NCBI GenBank assembly: GCA_038523235.1
Contig: JBCBJQ010000111.1
Span: 1-19,135 of the forward strand
Origin: Cyanobacteria bacterium J06626_4
GTDB lineage: Bacteria > Cyanobacteriota > Cyanobacteriia > Phormidesmidales > Phormidesmidaceae
Length of the DNA: 19,135 bases
Reading direction: 5' to 3'
Shown one piece after another: positions 15,133 through 19,135 of the stretch (its first letter is position 1; each line of letters opens with the position of its first letter). The notes beneath the pieces are model-generated. The model saw nothing but the letters and a program-made list of their open reading frames with translations, made no database searches and was not told the DNA's origin. Made by a program: the position numbers and the translations under genes.

Positions 15133-17319
15133 ATGCTAGAAAGTGCTATCGGCGGCATTGCCGTGCCACTCTTTGAACAACTCTGGAAAGCCGGTGGCTA
15201 TGTTGCAAAACAGACCAGTCAAGCTCGCCAGAACGTCAAGGACGTAGAGGCAGTTCTTACCGCATCCCAGAACTATCAACAGAAATACGAAAATAATCAC
15301 GGACAGGTAAAGGTAATGCCAGGGCTCATGAAGGAGCCCGTACCCCTGGACTCCATTTACACCGCTGTTAAATTTCTCGATGAGTGCGACATTCGCCAAT
15401 TCGACGGTCCCGATGAATTGGAGCAGCTTTATCGTAACCAGGGGGAACGACGTTTTCAAACTGCTGAGCAACGTCACGATGGCATCACGATTGCCAAAGA
15501 AAAGCAGTATCTGATGGTCCTCGGCGGTCCCGGTGTTGGCAAAAGTACCTTTCTCAGAAAGCTTGGCTTAGAAGCCCTGAAAGGACAACAAGGACAGCTC
15601 AAGGGTGAGCAAATCCCAATTTTTATCGAACTCAAAACCTTTAGAGGCGACACCATCGATCTCACCGCCGTCATCGCCAATCAGTTTGCCATCCATGGTT
15701 TTCCTGACGCCCAAGCATTTACAGACCTTTCCCTCGCTCAAGGTAAGCTGCTAATTCTGCTCGATGGTCTCGATGAAGTCCCCACCAACAATGTGAATCA
15801 GGTGATTGAACACATTGAAGACTTTGCCATCCAACATGACAAAAATACCTTTATTGCTTCCTGCCGTACTGCCGCCTATCGCAGTAGTTTCCAGCAGTTC
15901 TCTGATGTCACCATTGCCGACTTTGATGATGAGCAAATACAGCAATTTATCGAGCGCTGGTTTAACTCGAAGCTAGACCAAGAAGCGGATACCGCGAACG
16001 AGTATTGGCAACTGCTCCAACAACCCGCAAATGAAGCTGCGAAGGAACTTGCCCAAACCCCGCTATTGCTCACATTTCTGTGTTTGATTTACGAGAGAGA
16101 ACAAACGCTACCCAACCGACGCAGTACCCTCTATGGCAGCGCCCTTAATATCCTCCTTAGTGAATGGTCAGCTCAAAAGCGGCTGCCTAAAATGTCTGTC
16201 TATAAAGACTTTCATCCAGAGCTAGAGAAAGAACTACTCAGTGAAATCGCCTACAACAGCTTTAAGGAAGACCGCCTATTCTTTTCAAAATCAGAGATTA
16301 CTGACCGCATCACCACCTTCCTAGCAGACGTCCTGGATGCTCCAGAATCTTTAGATGGTCCCGCCGTTCTCAATGCGATTGAAGTTCAGCAAGGCATCCT
16401 GGTCGAGCGCGCCACCGATACCTACTCGTTCTCCCATCTCACCCTGCAGGAATACCTCACAGCCCTATACATCGTTAACAATCAACGGGTTTCAGAGTTA
16501 GTCAGCCAGCACCTCACGGACCAGCGCTGGCGCGAAGTTTTCTTACTGGTAATTGGCCTAATGGGACGACGAGGCCATGAACTCCTTGAAGCCATTGATA
16601 AGCAGGCTCGAACAGATATCAGTACGCAATCCAAACCAAAAGCTTTAGTCCAATGGGCAAACCGAATTACCCAAGGAGATACCCCCGAGTATGAGAGGTA
16701 TGAGAAGGTTGCGATCGCCATCGCCATCGCCATCGACAGCCACAGCTTAGGCTTCAGAAGAGTCATAGTCAATTCCCTCGGCAGAAGCCGCTACCGCAGA
16801 AGAGACTTCGCCCGCGCGATCGCCATCAACCACGCTCGCGCCATCGACCGCGTCATCGCCAGCGCCATCGACCGCGTCATCGACAGCGCCATCGCCCGCG
16901 CCATCGCCAGCGCCCGCGCCATCGACATCGCCCGCGCCATCGACAGCGACATCGACAGCGACATCGCCCGCGCCATCGACAGCGCCATTGAATCTGCTAT
17001 TTATTTGAACAAAGCCAAAATCTTCAACACGCTAGCATTCCAGGAGTTACCCAAGCAGCTCAAACTTCTTAAGAATAAAATGCCTCAACCATCAGCACCA
17101 GACGCACAATGGCGCAGCTATGCCGATGAACTAGAAGCAACCTACTTCAATGCCTTGGAACTGACCGTCGAGGATATCTCACTATCAAAAGACGAATGGA
17201 AATGCTTAAGCGATTACCTCCATGCCAACGAAATCTTGCTTTGCTGCCAACTGTCATCTATCGGTATTTCACGCCAAGCCTGGGAATCACTCAAAGAACG
17301 GTTGCTGACAGTTAGCTAA
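15133..17319 (+). CDS. NACHT-domain STAND NTPase with low-complexity repeats and an NCH2-like C-terminal helical domain (start 15121 or 15133)
   Basis: Walker A GGPGVGKST, Walker B LLILLDGLDE, ASCR, TPLLL, FSHLTLQEYLTA, WREVFLL; C-terminal YLHANEILLCC...SRQAWESLKERLL. Confidence 0.93.
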   Translation: MLESAIGGIAVPLFEQLWKAGGYVAKQTSQARQNVKDVEAVLTASQNYQQKYENNHGQVKVMPGLMKEPVPLDSIYTAVKFLDECDIRQFDGPDELEQLYRNQGERRFQTAEQRHDGITIAKEKQYLMVLGGPGVGKSTFLRKLGLEALKGQQGQLKGEQIPIFIELKTFRGDTIDLTAVIANQFAIHGFPDAQAFTDLSLAQGKLLILLDGLDEVPTNNVNQVIEHIEDFAIQHDKNTFIASCRTAAYRSSFQQFSDVTIADFDDEQIQQFIERWFNSKLDQEADTANEYWQLLQQPANEAAKELAQTPLLLTFLCLIYEREQTLPNRRSTLYGSALNILLSEWSAQKRLPKMSVYKDFHPELEKELLSEIAYNSFKEDRLFFSKSEITDRITTFLADVLDAPESLDGPAVLNAIEVQQGILVERATDTYSFSHLTLQEYLTALYIVNNQRVSELVSQHLTDQRWREVFLLVIGLMGRRGHELLEAIDKQARTDISTQSKPKALVQWANRITQGDTPEYERYEKVAIAIAIAIDSHSLGFRRVIVNSLGRSRYRRRDFARAIAINHARAIDRVIASAIDRVIDSAIARAIASARAIDIARAIDSDIDSDIARAIDSAIESAIYLNKAKIFNTLAFQELPKQLKLLKNKMPQPSAPDAQWRSYADELEATYFNALELTVEDISLSKDEWKCLSDYLHANEILLCCQLSSIGISRQAWESLKERLLTVS
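16808..16990 (+). repeat. Imperfect ~12-bp tandem repeats (GCGCCATCG(A/C)C(C/A)) encoding ARAI/DSAI units
   Basis: Read directly in DNA and protein. Confidence 0.88.
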
Positions 17320-17454
17320 TGTCCTGCCTCTCTCTCGTTCTCCTCACAAGACTTAACCACTTTGGCTACGATCACCCCCTAAGCCAACCTCACCGTTTTC
17401 CTTGAAGCTGTGAAATGGGACATTTCAAAACTACAACCGTATGATTCGGAGTGT

Positions 17455-17500
17455 AGGACTGAAAATCCTCGTGTCGGCGGTTCAAGCCCGCCTCCTGGCA
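17455..17500 (+). pseudogene. tRNA-Phe(GAA) 3' half (anticodon arm, T arm, 3' acceptor strand); attR-type remnant, not a full tRNA
   Basis: AGGACTGAAAATCCTCGTGTCGGCGGTTCAAGCCCGCCTCCTGGCA; upstream sequence lacks the 5' acceptor strand and D arm. Confidence 0.9.
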
Positions 17501-17759
17501 TACGTTTCAGCCACACCCCCCGTTAGTTTGTACTAATGGTTCCTCAAAGAATAGCTTCCTTGTTTCTGAAATTCGCTCGATTGTTTCCATAGCGAGTAGC
17601 TGTTCTGGGGCATGAGGTCTCAATAAAGCGGGTAAACCGTTCCACCTAAATACCCATCGAAAGATGTGATTAAAAGTCATCGAAAGCCTTGTAATGAAGT
17701 TGTTTCGATGACTTTGACACTCCATTATGTTAGGTGGAATGATTCTCTCTAATAAGTAG

Positions 17760-18518
17760 TTGTGCGGCTTCGTTCGATCGGTTAGGAAGTAATTTGAGAT
17801 TTCTCTGTCAGAGTTCTAAAATTCAGCAGTTGTGAGATGTCGGTTAGAGTTGAGTGCTGAAGGAAGGGTCGGAAAATGATGCTGACGCATTACCATCACG
17901 AAGATGATGCTCCTTTTCAAACCTTGTCCGCTTTGTCGAATGAAGACGCTTTGAACGTGATTTCTAAACTCAGCGATCGTGCTGGATTGGTTTATCGCAG
18001 ATTCAGAGAGCCTGAGCAATATTTGAAACAGCGGCGAGAAGCCGAAAGTTGGGTGAGGCAATCCTTCATCAACAAAGGAGGGAAACCCGTCTCAGCCTAT
18101 CCTCACTACCTTGTTGTGGAACGAGCGACGTGGATCGAAGAAGGGTACAACGGGCACAGTCGGGCAATTCAGTTTCCCGTCTCAGCTTTTCAGCCTGAAC
18201 AAGTCAGCTTCACCTATCCGGATAGCATGATCAGTTATTGGTTGCAGAGCCAGTCAGACCAAGTCTTCTATCGTTCTGAGTATCACGGACAGGTGTTCGT
18301 GCTGAATGAAGTTTGCAAGCTGATCGAGTCATTTGGTGTTCCTGGTGAAGAGTGGCGGACAGAGGTAGCACGAAGATACGATTTGTTCATTGAGGCTCAG
18401 GTATGGACAAGTATTGCATAGTCGTCGATTGCAGCCGCACAACAACCCGATTGGAGCGGACTTATGAGTCTTTTCGTGTCTATCGTTGTGGCTGGTCTGC
18501 TGCCGCTCAATCGGAACG
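17760..18518 (+). mobile_element. Solitary integron-type gene cassette
   Basis: Starts at G/TTGTGCGGCT (17759-17769), the exact complement of AGCCGCACAAC (18433-18443), and ends in an attC site. Confidence 0.75.
17876..18421 (+). CDS. Hypothetical protein (181 aa), cassette cargo
   Basis: Clean ORF with a purine-rich leader; stops 15 nt before the attC site. Confidence 0.85.
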   Translation: MMLTHYHHEDDAPFQTLSALSNEDALNVISKLSDRAGLVYRRFREPEQYLKQRREAESWVRQSFINKGGKPVSAYPHYLVVERATWIEEGYNGHSRAIQFPVSAFQPEQVSFTYPDSMISYWLQSQSDQVFYRSEYHGQVFVLNEVCKLIESFGVPGEEWRTEVARRYDLFIEAQVWTSIA

Positions 18519-18524
18519 TTACCT
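18437..18524 (+). other. attC recombination site
   Basis: R'' GCACAAC; CCGATTG(G)AGCGG pairs with CCGCTCAATCGG leaving an extrahelical base; R' GTT at 18518-18520. Confidence 0.8.
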
Positions 18525-18550
18525 AACCAGAATATTTGCTCGACCGCCAG

Positions 18551-18733
18551 CTACTCTTCTTCAGATTTTGGATTTTGCAGCGCGTTGAGTTGCTCGCGAA
18601 ACTTGGCTTCTAACTCTTCAGCCGCCGCTGTGGGGTTCTCCATTTGAGAGATGAGCAGAGCGATCGCCAGCCCGATTTTCTCTGGGTCTGCGTTCTGCCC
18701 TAGCTCGATTGAGAGTGAAATTTTGTTGGTCAT
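18551..18733 (-). CDS. Small hypothetical protein (60 aa, MTNKISLSIELG...)
   Basis: AAGGA RBS before the ATG at 18733; helical sequence. Confidence 0.6.
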   Translation of the reverse strand: MTNKISLSIELGQNADPEKIGLAIALLISQMENPTAAAEELEAKFREQLNALQNPKSEEE

Positions 18734-18881
18734 TGGATTTGATTCCTTAGATTGTTTGCAGGTTGAGCAACTACGCAACGGAAAATGGCTGCTTTTGGGG
18801 TTTTTCGATAATCAATTGGGGATGAGAGTTACGCAAATCTACCTACGTGAAGAGAATATTGTAATTTGAATAACGAAATGT

Positions 18882-19135
18882 ATGAGTATCAACTCTCTGG
18901 CTGAACTGGAAAAACTAGAATCGAAAATAGAATCATTTCTTAGGAATCTCCCACTTGGAGATATCCTGAATTCTCTACATATATCAAAAAAAAGTTCCTA
19001 CGAACTGCGACCTTTCATAATTGGAGGAGCCGCCTTATTCGCCATCAGATTTTGCTCTCCCAGCAAAACATCTAAATTAATAAAAAATCATGATATTCGG
19101 AATCTAATTAATATTTCTCATGACTATTACTTGGC
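18882..19135 (+). CDS. 5' part of an AT-rich hypothetical gene (MSINSLAELEKLESKIESFLRNL...), runs off the window
   Basis: Translated by hand; open for 84 codons to the window edge. Confidence 0.6.
   Translation, partial: MSINSLAELEKLESKIESFLRNLPLGDILNSLHISKKSSYELRPFIIGGAALFAIRFCSPSKTSKLIKNHDIRNLINISHDYYL

Noticed and set aside
16808..16990. CRISPR array or DGR variable region
   Set aside because: Short in-frame coding repeats without spacers; no reverse transcriptase in the window
17428..17500. Full-length tRNA-Phe gene
   Set aside because: The 5' acceptor strand (expected GCCAGGA) and D arm are absent; only the 3' half is present
17507..17725. 72-aa minus-strand ORF
   Set aside because: No recognisable motif or clear RBS; may be a gene remnant or spurious

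Overview
Accessory region of a cyanobacterial genome, inferred from frequent HIP1 GCGATCGC sites, a cyanobacterial-type tRNA-Phe fragment and DUF3854/NACHT gene types. About 0.15-15.06 kb is a compact integrated virus-like element. It has an HNH nuclease, a tyrosine integrase and a TOPRIM(DUF3854)-VapE primase-helicase with an iteron-like array inside the gene. An XRE regulator sits beside two palindromic operators, followed by a membrane-protein operon and a divergent ~7.7 kb block of virion-like genes that includes a very short fibre with a peptidase S74 chaperone. I can see no terminase, portal, HK97 capsid, tail, packaging ATPase or endolysin, so this may be an undescribed tailless prophage or satellite. 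To its right are two 3' tRNA-Phe fragments (att scars) bracketing a NACHT NTPase gene, then a complete solitary integron-type gene cassette with an attC site, a small ORF and the start of an AT-rich gene. All calls were made by eye, without database searches.
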